NCBI GenBank assembly: GCA_023213395.1
Contig: CM041465.1
Location: 190,099,741 to 190,163,740 of the forward strand
Length of the DNA stretch: 64,000 nucleotides
Origin: Cycas panzhihuaensis
Lineage: Eukaryota > Plantae > Cycadophyta
Direction: 5' to 3'
In this document: piece after piece, positions 43,030 through 55,400 of the stretch
How the letters are laid out: each line of letters starts with the position of its first letter
How positions within the stretch are numbered: the first letter of the stretch is position 1
Translations under genes and position numbers: made by a program
The notes under the pieces: model-generated
The model's database searches: none
Told to the model about the DNA's origin: nothing
What the model saw: the letters and a program-made list of their open reading frames with translations, nothing else

Positions 43030-46000
43030 TCTTAAGAGACAAATGGCTAAGGACACTTAGGACCTATGCTCTAAACCAAAATAAAAACCTTATTAAGTTT
43101 ATAATGAATGGTAAAAAATATTAATTCATGGTGATCAATACCCTTAAATCATTAGTTGAGTTTACATAGGAAATAGGAAAATTGATTTATAAAGGTCGCA
43201 TTGGCTTCATCATAATATTATTCTATATTAAATTAGAGGAATTAAAGGAAGAGCCTCCCTTGGGCCAAAAGTAAGAAATAAATCTACTCCCAAATAGTTA
43301 TAATTAATAGTTATATAAGAGTCCAATGCCTATTTGAATCATAGAATATCTTATCAAGTGGAAGCATTATCACAACTAAAATTGACTTTAGAAGGAAAAT
43401 AGTTTATTAGAGAATATTCATCATTACTAATGATTTATAGGAAATGTGTTTTTATAATAGTTAAAACTTATTTTAAATCTAATTTACAATTCATGGGAGA
43501 TGCATTAGTTGTTCTTATCTCAAATTAGGGAAGAATTAGATTAACTAATAAGTAATGTTATCTTTTAATAGTCAATTTTGTTAAGAGGGAGATTTAAGAT
43601 GGCTATATAAAGATGTCTTAACAATCTATAATTCAATTATCTATTATGGATTTAAACTTTATAGATTGACTCTCTGTGGGACTTATCCCTATTTGGTTTT
43701 CCAATTGAACTTTTAAGTTGTCAAATTATTTATTTTTGTGGCTAAATATAAAATCGTAAACATATATATCTCTTTTGGAATATTATAAAATTGCTTTGAC
43801 AAGGATACTACATTCAAGACATTGTGAGATTAAACCCAAGATACAAGAATGATGGAAATTTTCTAAGATAATTTAATTCATACATATAAGAGGTTTAACT
43901 CTATCACATTGTCATACCAAAACCTAGCCTTCAATCCCATCACAATCCTCAATTAGGCATGAAGTTATCTTAAATATGGATGCGAAATACTCCTATAGGT
44001 GAAAGACATGCTCTGATACCATGAGCCCACCATAAATGAATAATAAATTAATAACAAATAGTAGATAATGATGTTAGATAAGTAATAAGAATTAAATAAG
44101 GACTAGTGAGGAAGATGCCAAGTACCAAAGTGTTGAATATAGGAAATAATTAATTACCTAATATTAAAGTTATCATAAGTTTTGGTTAACATAACTCTTA
44201 TATTTATAGTTGAAATAATAGGTTATTTATGGTGTAAACTTTGATAATTATTAAAATAATAAACCTTGGTTATGCTAGGTAACTCATTTCTCCCCTTTTT
44301 ATTATTCATTCATTAATAGAAGATGATTCTCTAAATGTTAATTTGGAAGTCTATCTTCCTCATTGACTACTTTTCTTATTTAATACTTTTAGCATAGTAT
44401 TATATCTTTTCTTAGAATGTTGGGAGATCTTCCTTAGCATTGGGATGAACACTCATAAAGAACTACATATTAGTAGAAGTCAGAACCCATGATTTTCTTA
44501 TCATTCAAGAGTACATAATCACTAGTAACACGCTATTTATAGTGCTTTATTCCATTTGGGAATTAGAGAATTTTGATTCTTTTAAACATCCTTAGGCTCA
44601 GGTGGCATTGTTATCCCTTTTGCTAATTGGTTAAAAGAATCTTTAGTACGTTCAAGTTTTGATTATTATGCTCAATCCACTTAGGTTATCTTTGATTACT
44701 AAATTTTACTTATTAATGTACTTAGCATCTATGTAGCTACTTACACCTCCTTACATATAACTTCTTAGAATTGCCTATAAATTTTCTTGGCTACTAGCCA
44801 CTAGGTTGTGATAGGTGATTTTAAGATGGTTGAAGCTATAGATGTTAAGTTGGGAGGACTTCCTCTTTTTTTCTTTCAACTTGAATTTAATGTTTGGTTA
44901 ACTTTAAGGCTTATCCTAAACCATTTGAAGGGTGGCTAGTAACTTCTAATTCCTCTAGGTCCACTTAATCTGATTATAAGAATGGTTCTTATTAACCCTC
45001 TAAAATGTACCCTTTGTAAGATAATTATTTATATCAATTTTCAAGTGTTTGAAGTATTATTTCATGAATATAGTAATCATTTTTACTCAAGTCTTTATTT
45101 CTTATATACAATTATATATGAACTACTTATCCATATCTAATACTTGTCATACCACCTTTAATTTACTTCTGTTTTTCCTTTATTATTCTTTTGCTACTTA
45201 ACCCTTTCCTTCCTTTATTACATCACCTCTTCATAATGCTTTACACCTAATTTTTATATTTTATATATCATACCCATTTGTTTTTGTTTATACATCCTAA
45301 TCTTTCTCTAAAGTAATAATACCCTACCATCCTATAATGTCTTTATATCCCTTAATGCCTAATTTTTATTTCCCTTATATGCCTTTTATTGATTACTATA
45401 TATATAAATATAAGAGCATCATTGTATACATGTATTTTCTGCTATTAGACTTAGGAGGTTTTTGTTCTTGAAATAGTTCATATAATAAAGTAGTCTCAAC
45501 ATGCTTTATAGTGAAGATTTTACAAGAATATAGGGTTTCAATGTTCAATACTTATGAACTATATATAAGTGAATATACATATTTCATGAGTTACACTTTA
45601 TAATAAGTATCTTTACATAAAGTGTGATAGGGAAATTCATTGCTACAAGTTGTATGTCCTCAAGGTGACAAGTCATGAATAAATTATGGTTGTTGATTAG
45701 AAGGGACACGTAGCTACATCAAGAGCAATTTGCAAGTGAGCCAAATGCTTAAAAGAGACAAGGAAGTTTGGAATCTTTTAAAGGAGTAAATCACAATTAA
45801 AATACCACTGCCAAAATTAGAGACATATGGTATCATCATAGTAACTTTACATCCAAAAGGTTTTCACATTGCATTATCTACCAAGAAGACATATTATGAG
45901 TAAATAAAGTGTGAAGTGAATCTTAACATGATGTGTGGGCCATAAAATTACAAAGACATAAGAAAGTAATAATTAAATTAGAAGGAGCTAACCAACCAAT

Positions 46001-46068
46001 GGCCATATTACTATATTATAATAAACTATTTGTGTGAAGCATACAAGAATTTTTTACATGTTGTATGT
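43030..46068 (+). repeat. Segmental duplicate of 5415-5483 + 12964-15950 (lacks the copia insertion)
   Basis: Colinear order: protease tail, chromodomain, LTR (43469), minus-strand LTR with PBS, LINE APE, and CRM 5' LTR start at the same junction (45406). Confidence 0.9.
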
Positions 46069-47539
46069 CACTAACCTATTGGAGCACTTAGTGCTTTTGA
46101 CTCTACCTTAATGATTTTCACCTAAGTTATTCAATAAGCTAGTTTTAAGCTATCCAAATCTTGAATTTATAGAAGCTTATTTAAAATATAACATACATAA
46201 TAGAATATATTTTATCTAATGGATACAAAAAATCTAAGTGGACAGAAGTTCCTTTACACTTATAATTAGGTTTCTTTTATAATTAATAATTAATGTTAAA
46301 TAAATCATTATAATTTAAAATGATAAATTTAACAATAATTCATCTTATACAAAAATCAATCAAATTGAGAAAGGATGCTAATAAGATTACAATAGAGGGA
46401 TTCACTACCTAACCAATTACAATTCTAAAGAAGAAAGTACCTTTGATCTAGAGCATATGATATAAAAGATGAAGTATTAATGTTTCAATCTTCACTCAAT
46501 TACCTAAGCTATCTTTTCACACAGGTCATCATTAGAATGTTGATTTTTATAAGTAGACACTATTGTAATATTTTAACCTCTACCATAGTATTTTAACGTC
46601 CACACATGTCTCATCCTTTAAGAAAAAAAAAAAAATATTCCATCCACGTATGGGTCACCATTAAGATAATTTTGATGGACTACCTTGCTATGCAACTCAT
46701 GTGTTCCATACCATATAACAAATCCTAAATAAGATGTGGAATCACTCCACCCTAAAAAAGATATAGACTCACTTTACTCTTAATGAAATGGGGGGCTTAT
46801 TCTACCTAAATTTCTTTATAAATAATGATAATTAGGGAACAATAGGAATGTCTCCACTTTATCTTAAAACTATAATTTGACACCCATAAAATAGTCTAAG
46901 GAGATTAAGTAGTAGATCACACACATGCTCATGACACTACCAATCATGTCCCTCACACGGGATGGTGGTGGTCACCAAGACTAATGTAGAGAGAAATATC
47001 TCAACTTTTGTGCATATAAAAATAAAGAAAGGGTAATCACTCAATTCCCATGCATGTAGAAATAACTAGAGCATAAGAGACTCACTCAACCGCATCTCAA
47101 AACTCTTCAAATAAAATCCCCTAGAAGTACCTTCCTAGGGTATAGTATTTTGTATAAACTAAGTGTTAAATGGCTAAAAGATAAATAATAACCAAGGAAG
47201 CTTCTAACTACTTTCCTAAAATCTGCAATAATTTTTCATAAAAGAATAAGAACTTTGTCTAATGTACCTATCTACTAATAGAAAGTGTAACTTTAATAGT
47301 TTAACTTAGAATAACTCTTCATGCAACTATGGATAATTCAGAAGAATTCTAACATTAGTTGTAAGCACCTTTTATATACCAAATATATAAAAATTAAAGC
47401 TAATCTATAGGTTTAAGCCCTTTAAAATCTATTTGGATGTTACTTGCTCTCTAAAAAAACTTACACTTTTACCTCAAAATTTTTGTAGCATCCATAAACT
47501 ATATCATAAGATAAATAATACCTTCTTTCTCACATTTTT

Positions 47540-48300
47540 CTAGGCTATACATCCTCCCAATCATGATTCATATCCCAATCATCAATTACATTAAGGCTAA
47601 GTGGAGGAATTTAAGGTTTTGTAGCTATAAAAGTCCTCATAATAGTTATAAATATGTTTGTAGGTATTATTGCTAAAATAATTATACACTACCCACTACA
47701 TCCATTTTCTGAAAATATCTCATTATAGGGTATTTCTAAGTGGTCCCTAAATATCCAAGCATCTTTATGACTTTAATTTGACTTGAATGAAGCTACTCTA
47801 ATGTAATTTTATTAATAAATGAATAAGATATGAGTAAAGTAATGAGAACTTGCCATCTATCCCTTTGTTTTCATATTTCTATAACTTTTCAAGTGATTAT
47901 TTTTCTCTGAAAATCTCATTTATAGATTTGTAAGAAACTCCCTGTATTAATTGTTTACCCATCTTGGAATTTATGAACTTATAGGGAACTTTTCTTTATT
48001 CATAATTTCATGCCCAGGCATTCTAATTCCACTTATGAATGATACATTTATATAGTCACAAGTAGTATTTTATTCAATAAGACTTAACTTGAACATCTAG
48101 TTGAAATTTTTATAACTTTTCTCTTTGATATCAATTTTTAGTGCTCCACTAACCATTGTAAATCTTGAAACTTTTTCTTTTACTTAGTAGATTCCTTCTC
48201 TACAAATTTTATCCATTAATCATACTCTTATATCTTAAAGGCATTATATAGATTTTTGTACTCATCTTCTACCCTAATAATAATTTTTATGTATATTCTT
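47540..48300 (-). pseudogene. Ty3/gypsy gag-protease remnant
   Basis: Minus-strand translation gives MPGH (W.PGH-like) and WQVLITLLISYSFINKITLE (protease-like). Confidence 0.45.
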
Positions 48301-48317
48301 CCCTTGTTCATATCATA

Positions 48318-48657
48318 GCCATAAGGGAAGAATTATGGCCATCAATAAAGAATTAATAAAAAAGAAAAAAGAAAAAAAGAAAAAAGGAAGACTAAGTAAA
48401 AACCCCAAAATATGATTAATCCAAACATACATCAAAATTAAGCACATGAAAAAATCTTAAATAAATAAGACCACAAAAATTAAATATATATAAAAAAAAT
48501 AGAATGGTCTAAAACTTTGATGATATAAATAAATATATAGATGAACCCCAATAATGGTAGATAAGTACTATTAAGAGGTTGAATAAATCAATTATCTTTA
48601 AGAATAGAATAAAATAGACATTAGAACATTTAGTCTAAAATAAAGATTCTGAAGATA
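48318..48657 (-). mobile_element. 3' LTR of a minus-strand element
   Basis: Homologous to 3828-4172; followed by an rc PPT. Confidence 0.6.
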
Positions 48658-48719
48658 ATTCCACCTTCCATAATATTAATCAAGTATGGAGGTGTTATAA
48701 AAGGTAGAAATATTATTGA

Positions 48720-51165
48720 TGTTGGGTAATGCTAACCCATAAGAATATTAAACTATTGCAATTACCCTTTTTATATATACTAGGAAGTCATAATGTGTAT
48801 ACTTCTTCATAATATAGGTAATCGGTTAACCAAGTAGTGATATATACTATAAATATATACTAGTTTGACATAATACAACTAAAAGTGACTATTTTTCATA
48901 AGTATATTATGTTGTATATTTGTACAAATTATTCTTTTATTTATTCACCTATATATATTTGTATTTCATAATCTTATATGGTCATCGACCTATTTAGGTA
49001 TTTATGTTTAACAAGTGTTGTTAGGGTGCTAGTTTAAGCCTTTTCTTAACCCTAATTAGGTATAAGACTATGAGTATGTCCACCTATCAAGGGTTTATTC
49101 TAAACATATTTTAGTTATGCTTATTTATGACTTATGAGGGGGGCATTTTATTTGTTTATCAGTTGATGTTCTGTAATAGGTTACAGATGGTTTCAAATCA
49201 CATTTTACATGGCACCTAGAGCATGTTGATGTCATGAGCCTATAGCATGTTAGTATTAACACTTAGAGCATGTTGTCATCATAAGCCTAGAGAATCTTGA
49301 TGTTATAAGGCTAGAGCATATTTGTGTCTATATATATAAATCTAGCTAAAACATAGGTATTGAGGTTATCTCAAATCCCACAAAGGTTTATGACATGCTT
49401 GATTTATATTTTGGATTGGCTACTTACAAGTTTTAGCAGTATACATGTAGATGTTATACATGAGTCTAAAAGAAAGGCTTTAGATATAAGATTAATCACC
49501 TTATGAAGTTGGTGATATGGTAAGTAAACCATTATTTCCTTATCATATAACAAAGAATCGTGATTGACTAGGGTTTTACAAAATGGTTTGGTGCAATAGA
49601 TGGTTTTTTAGCTCATTTTGAAGGGTATCTAAAGTGGTCTTTGCTTGATATCTTCTTAGAAAAAACCTTTTATTTGAGTATTGAAAACTAAAATTTATTG
49701 TTTGAAGCTAGATCTAATGAAGTTTTATCTCTAATCCAGTATTTTGCAACACTATGTAAAGGTGGGTAACTTTTTTACAATGTTAGTTAAAGTTACAAAG
49801 TGTTAGTCTTTGTCCAACAAACTAAACTTAAAGAAAAATACTGTTAGGTATTTTTTTAATCCTTTCCATGGTGTTGGATAGTTGATTAATAGTGTTTGAT
49901 GGCTTTATTTGGGCATTGGGTAAACTACTAGCTTGTTGGGTGATTTTTTAATGAGTTAGGTGCTTATTTATATAGAAAACCCATTGTTAGACATGCATTC
50001 TTCAGTTATGACTATTCTATTAAACTTTTGGTGCTAAGATCTATATGTATAAAGATTTTAGATTAAAAACTAGCTCAAGAATTGATGTTTGGGATCATTA
50101 AAAGATGCACATGAGTTACATGGGTCACATGATGGAGAAAGATAAACAACAAGCTAAATTTTTGATATATGAATATTTTTAATAAATATAAAATTTAATT
50201 AATATGTCTTCTAATCTTACTTCAAGCCTACTAGCCCCTTGGGATGGTCATACATGTGCTTTAATATGATTGGGGTCAAAAGAAAAAGGGCTTTTCTTAA
50301 TTTTTACTTTTGTATCACTTGAAACATGTGCATACTAAAATAATGATATCTGCTTTATACGACATCAAAATTGAGTGTTGTTAGTTTCATTGTAAAGCTA
50401 ACTCATGGGGCTTTCTAACAAGTGGTCACAAAGTATGCTTTAAAGATCTTTTATAGTAGTTTTAATGGTGTGTAGTTTAGACTTTCATTTGGAAAGATGT
50501 TAAAATATAGCATATGACTAGAAAAAGAGGCATTTTGTCATATGTTTTTACTTAGATAACTATTTTACAAGTTTATTAAATAGTGTAGAGGATGGGTTTG
50601 AAGGTTTCTACATAGGTTTTCTCTTTCGTGTGTAGGAGAGCTAGAAATAGGCAAAATAGGAGTAAGTGTAGGCTACTTAGCAGACAAATATTAGTGAATC
50701 ATATATAGAAAAGCCATTTTAGATAATTGGTATTTACAATAGCTAGTTACCTATGTGTTCTAGTAGATGTTTATCTTTTATATGGATCCAACATCATATT
50801 TAAAGTAATTATGTGACATGGATTGAATATTAATAGGGGAATGTTGGGCAATATTAACCTATATGAATATTAAATTATTGTAATTACCCTTTGAATACAT
50901 ACTAAGGGGTTGTAATTTGTACATTTCTTTATGTTATAGGTCATTAGTTAACCAAGCGGCTCCTAGATTGTGATAAAATTACTAGGAGGTGATGTATATT
51001 ATAAACATATATTAGTTTAACATAATATAATTGGAAATGGTTATTTCACATAAATATATTGTATAACACATTTGTATATGTGATTCCTTTAGTTATTCAA
51101 CTAGATGTCTTTATATTTCATAGTTTTGTATGATCTTGGACTTATTTGGGCATTTATATCTAATA
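48720..51165 (+). mobile_element. Non-coding LTR element (LARD/TRIM-like)
   Basis: LTRs 48720-49013 and 50842-51165; PPT taataggggaa; flanks attga/gtcaa fit a decayed GTCGA TSD; no ORF. Confidence 0.85.
49215..49328. repeat. ~24-bp tandem repeat (about 5 copies)
   Basis: cctagagcatgttgatgtcatgag and variants. Confidence 0.8.
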
Positions 51166-54100
51166 GTCAATCAACATATTATAACTTGAGAGGTAGTCCA
51201 TTCTAGCCATATCTCCAAGACAAAAATGATATTAGTGAAACTTGACTTTATGAATGCATTTAGTCATCTCTATCTAGTTTTTTCATTAAAGATTTTAACT
51301 AAAATAGGTTTCTATAACTTGTCAATCCATTAGATTAAAGGATGCATCAATTCCTCCTCATTCTTAATCTTCATTAGTAGCCCCCATACCAAATTTTCAA
51401 AATTATCATAAGGCATTAGGTAGGGGTGGTTCCTATCACCTACTCTTCATGTGTTCATGGAAAAATCCCTAAGTAAGACACTTTTCTTAATGCGTAGTCA
51501 AGGTGATTTATCTAGAATATTTATCACTTTAGGTTTGGAGAACCTTTCTCATAATTAATTCATTGATGATGCATTACTATTTAGTTGTGCATTAGTGTGT
51601 GAATTAAGAAACATTATGATCACTTTGGATAAGTTTTACATAATGTTTAGGGCTGGCATTAACTTTAGAAAAGTTAATCTTATGGTGTTTAATTACTTTA
51701 ATATATCATCCTAAAAATCAAACTATGTCCTTAACTTTCAATTACATGAAGGGAATAAATTTTCTAGTTATCTCAAAGTCTCCATTAGTTATAGGAAATA
51801 AGGATCTCTATGATAGAATCGTATATTGAATATGGTACATCAAAGAATTAAATGTTGTCCCTCTAAATGGTTATCTTTTGTAGGAAGGATTATTTTGGTG
51901 AAAGAAGTAATTACACCTATTTTGATCTACTTGTTGTCTATAAGCCACACCCCTATTAGAGTTCTAAGGAAGTTAGAGAAGTAAATTCAAGAATTCCTTT
52001 GGAGAGGTGCTTTTGATCCTAGGAGAAGGGAAATTCATCTCATTAAATAAGAGTAGGTGCATAACCCAAAGAATAATAGTGGTCTAAGTTTTATGCCATT
52101 ATCATAGATCCCTTAATTATTTAAGGCTAAGATCATTTCGTATATGTTATCAGACTCTAATTCTTTACTCGTGAGAGCTTTATTCAAAAACTACTTAGGT
52201 GGGTAGCCTAAAGCAATATAGAATCTAAAGTTACATGTTTACATGGTTAACTCCCTAATCTAGAGTAAAATTTGAAATAGTGTTGGCATATTTAATGTTA
52301 GCATTTCATGGAAGGTAAACAATAGGGATAAGTTGGATGTCTAGCTCAACCTTATACAAGGGATGTGATCAATTTCTACCTATGAAGTAACTGCGAGTCT
52401 CTAATCATGGTTGATGATGAAGGAGATTACTAAAATTAATAATTTCTTTAAAAGAGGTAGGATGGATAAAATGTCATGTTTTTAAAGGAGTGGAATATTA
52501 GCTTGATTTCCTCCTAACCTTCATAGTGAGTATGAACAATTTAAGGTATTGATTGACCAATGTAGAATCAGTCTCCATAGAGTTAATCATAAGATCATGT
52601 GAAGGCCATACCTAAGGCTAAGATAGTATACTATTAAGGCTATATATATCTTTTTATAAGAGGAGAATTACCCCTAAAATACCCAAATGGCAACCTAGTG
52701 GAATAATTTTTGGGGAAACCCATCAATCTAAAAGATTAACCATTTCATATGGATCATCATTCATAAAGCCATTTTAATTGCTAAAAATTTACATAGAAGA
52801 GGGATCTTTAGTCCTTTAACTTGTACTATGTATGAAAATAATAAAGAGAGTATATTGTACTTATTTATATCATGCCCATTTTGTATAGAAGTTTGGGGAT
52901 ATGTTTGAAATTTACTATGGTGCAAAACTCCTCATCTCGAAGATAATCATGAGCTCATGCATCTAGATAGGATGTGGATTGGTAAATTTCTCTATCAACT
53001 TTAGGGGAAACTAGTTATTCAAAATATTTTATGTTTTCTTTCATGCTTAATTTATTGATTTGTATGATTGACCCTAAATGAGTCTATCTTCCAATGGAAA
53101 ATGCCATTCATAGGGGCTTACTAATAGTGAATCAAAGGCTAACTTAGACTTAAAATCTAAGCCCAAGAAGTCATGGTTCAATTGATTCACTCTTTGAGTA
53201 ATGGCAAACTAAATTTACTAAAATAATTAGAAATTGAGATGAAAAAACCTATGCATATCATGTAGAAACCTAATTATAAACTAAATTTTAAGAATGACTA
53301 TTTCTAATTATTTTTTTATGGGGCTTCAAAACATAACCTAGGATTAGCTAGGGCTAGACAATCTCTCAGGGATCCCTTAGGGAGCATAGTCTTAGAATTT
53401 ATGGAGGGTATTGGGGTTAACACAAATTATATAATTGAATTCATGGCCCTAATTAGGGGACTACATATGGTAGTAGATGCAAATGTCATGTAGTTGGAAG
53501 TTTTTGAAGACCAAAAGTTGGTGATTGAAGCAACTAAGAGTATTAAAATTCCAAGAAGTTTGTGCCTTAAATCTCTTCATTAGGAAATCATAAAATTAAG
53601 CCAAAATTTTCAAAGTATTAAATGTTAGCACATCTCCTTCCATCATAATAATATAGTAGATAAACTAGGCAATGTTGTGGTCACCCTTGCTCAAGGCAAG
53701 GTTAAGATATTTAATTATCTTAGTGAGGGTGGTGTAGAGGGACCCAAGTGGCTATCATCCTCTTCTATAACTCTTTAAACCTTATTATTATATGGATGGC
53801 CTTTATGGTAGTTAATTTTGTTACTATTATATGTGACTATGGAGTTGATTATTACTATTTGTCATGGGTCTTGGATAGGTTATGTTATTCCTCTCTACTC
53901 AAGGGTCTAACTTGTTCTATTATAGAGATGATTTGATTTAAATGTAGTGATATCTTTCTTTTGATCTTGAGCTTATGGCTCCATTGCCTCTATGGACTAG
54001 TATTTGGCTATGGATGTTATTATCCCTTATGGGCATTATTTTAATGGCACTTTTGGTAGGTTGATCCACATGTTTAAATGGCTTCATTTTGATGGGCCAA

Positions 54101-55400
54101 TCCATGATCTTAACATGACACTTTTAACGAGTCAATCCATGTTACAATGATCTACATTCATTTAATGTATTAAATTATCTTTGTAAGTCATTAATTATAA
54201 ATTTTTTTGACTTTGTATGAATATTTTCTAGCTTTCTACACATTTGGATTAACATCAATACTAATCAATAATGATTGGTGATGATGATATTCTTAATATA
54301 TAAATATTAATTAAGAAAGATATTAACAAAGGTAGATAAGATATCGACATTCTATAGGATCAATGGTGGTGACATGAGAGTTGTCTACGTTCATCATGTC
54401 TGGCAAAGTTATATACAATTGAATAAGTGATGATATATTTCGATTGATGCTTCTTTTATATATTGTATAATTTGTTGATCTTGTTCTTTACTAATTCACC
54501 ATTTACATTTACAAACCATTCCAACTATTATGTCTTGATCTACTTTATAGATTTGGAAGGTGGTTATTAGTCATCCTTATATGCAAGCTCCTTGAAAGAT
54601 ATAAGTTGGCTTGAAAGTTCTATGCATTAGATTAGGGCATGGTTTTTCTTGCTCATGTGCATAAGTGCAATTTTAAAATGATAATAGTAATATGATTGAT
54701 AGATTTATTATTTTGTAGCTCCTATGAATGTTTTGGAAATTTATTGTTGAAAGGATACCAATTACTTGGTTGCTTAATTATTTCTTTACTTAGTTATTTA
54801 GGTGGTTGGCATTAGATGGTGGTGTTTGAATCAAGTGTAGAGCTATAATTTTGATGTGTTAATACATTTTGTTAATTGATGGTTTTGGAGTTGGTGAAAG
54901 ATAGAGTTGTACTTCGATAATAAAGTTTGTTAAAGTATAAAATTCAACCCCTTATACTAACTAGAAAGGGTAATATTAGTCTTGGGACTTGATTTGATTA
55001 TTAACAAAAAATTGTATCAATCCTTTGGTTATTAGGATGTGGGAGCTATTCTCATGGATCTTTTGTTTACTCTATAACTATCTTTGGATATTACAGACTT
55101 TGGACATTTTGGATATATAAGTATGTAGTGATTTTGTCATTTTTTCATAAGCGCAGTCTCTTGGGTGTTAGTAGATCCCCAAATTCTTAGATATTATGGG
55201 TTTTATAACCTAAGATTATCATACTTGTAACTTATGGTCTGACAATTATAAGCTTTTTCAAGGGGCTTAGGGCTAACTATTATTTTGTTCTTTGAAAAAA
55301 GGAAGGCCAGGTATGATCCCTAAGTGACTTTTGATATATTTAACTCCCTTTTCCATGGCATCTTAACCTAAAGGATTAACTCCACTTTACAAGGATTTTA

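Larger units (their letters stand above)
48670..54200 (+). mobile_element. 5'-truncated L1 LINE (RT, zf-RVT, RNase H), interrupted at 48720-51165
   Basis: IKGRNII|D..IIT*EVVHS reads across the insertion; KLDFMNAF; GIR*GWFLSP; FIDDALLF; KWLSFVGRIILVK; FLWRG; CTMYENNKESILYLFISCPFCIEVW; RNase H FYGASKHNLGLARA..TNYIIEFMALIRGL. The 3' end is approximate. Confidence 0.9.

Noticed and set aside
28630-44274. Pairing LTRs 28630 and 44022 as one large element
   Set aside because: Flanks tgaaa/ctagg do not match, and the 44022 LTR is part of the segmental duplicate.
44400-54200. LINE endonuclease at 44.4 kb and RT at 48.7-53.7 kb as one LINE
   Set aside because: The intervening ORF2 sequence is missing, and the endonuclease piece belongs to the duplicated block.
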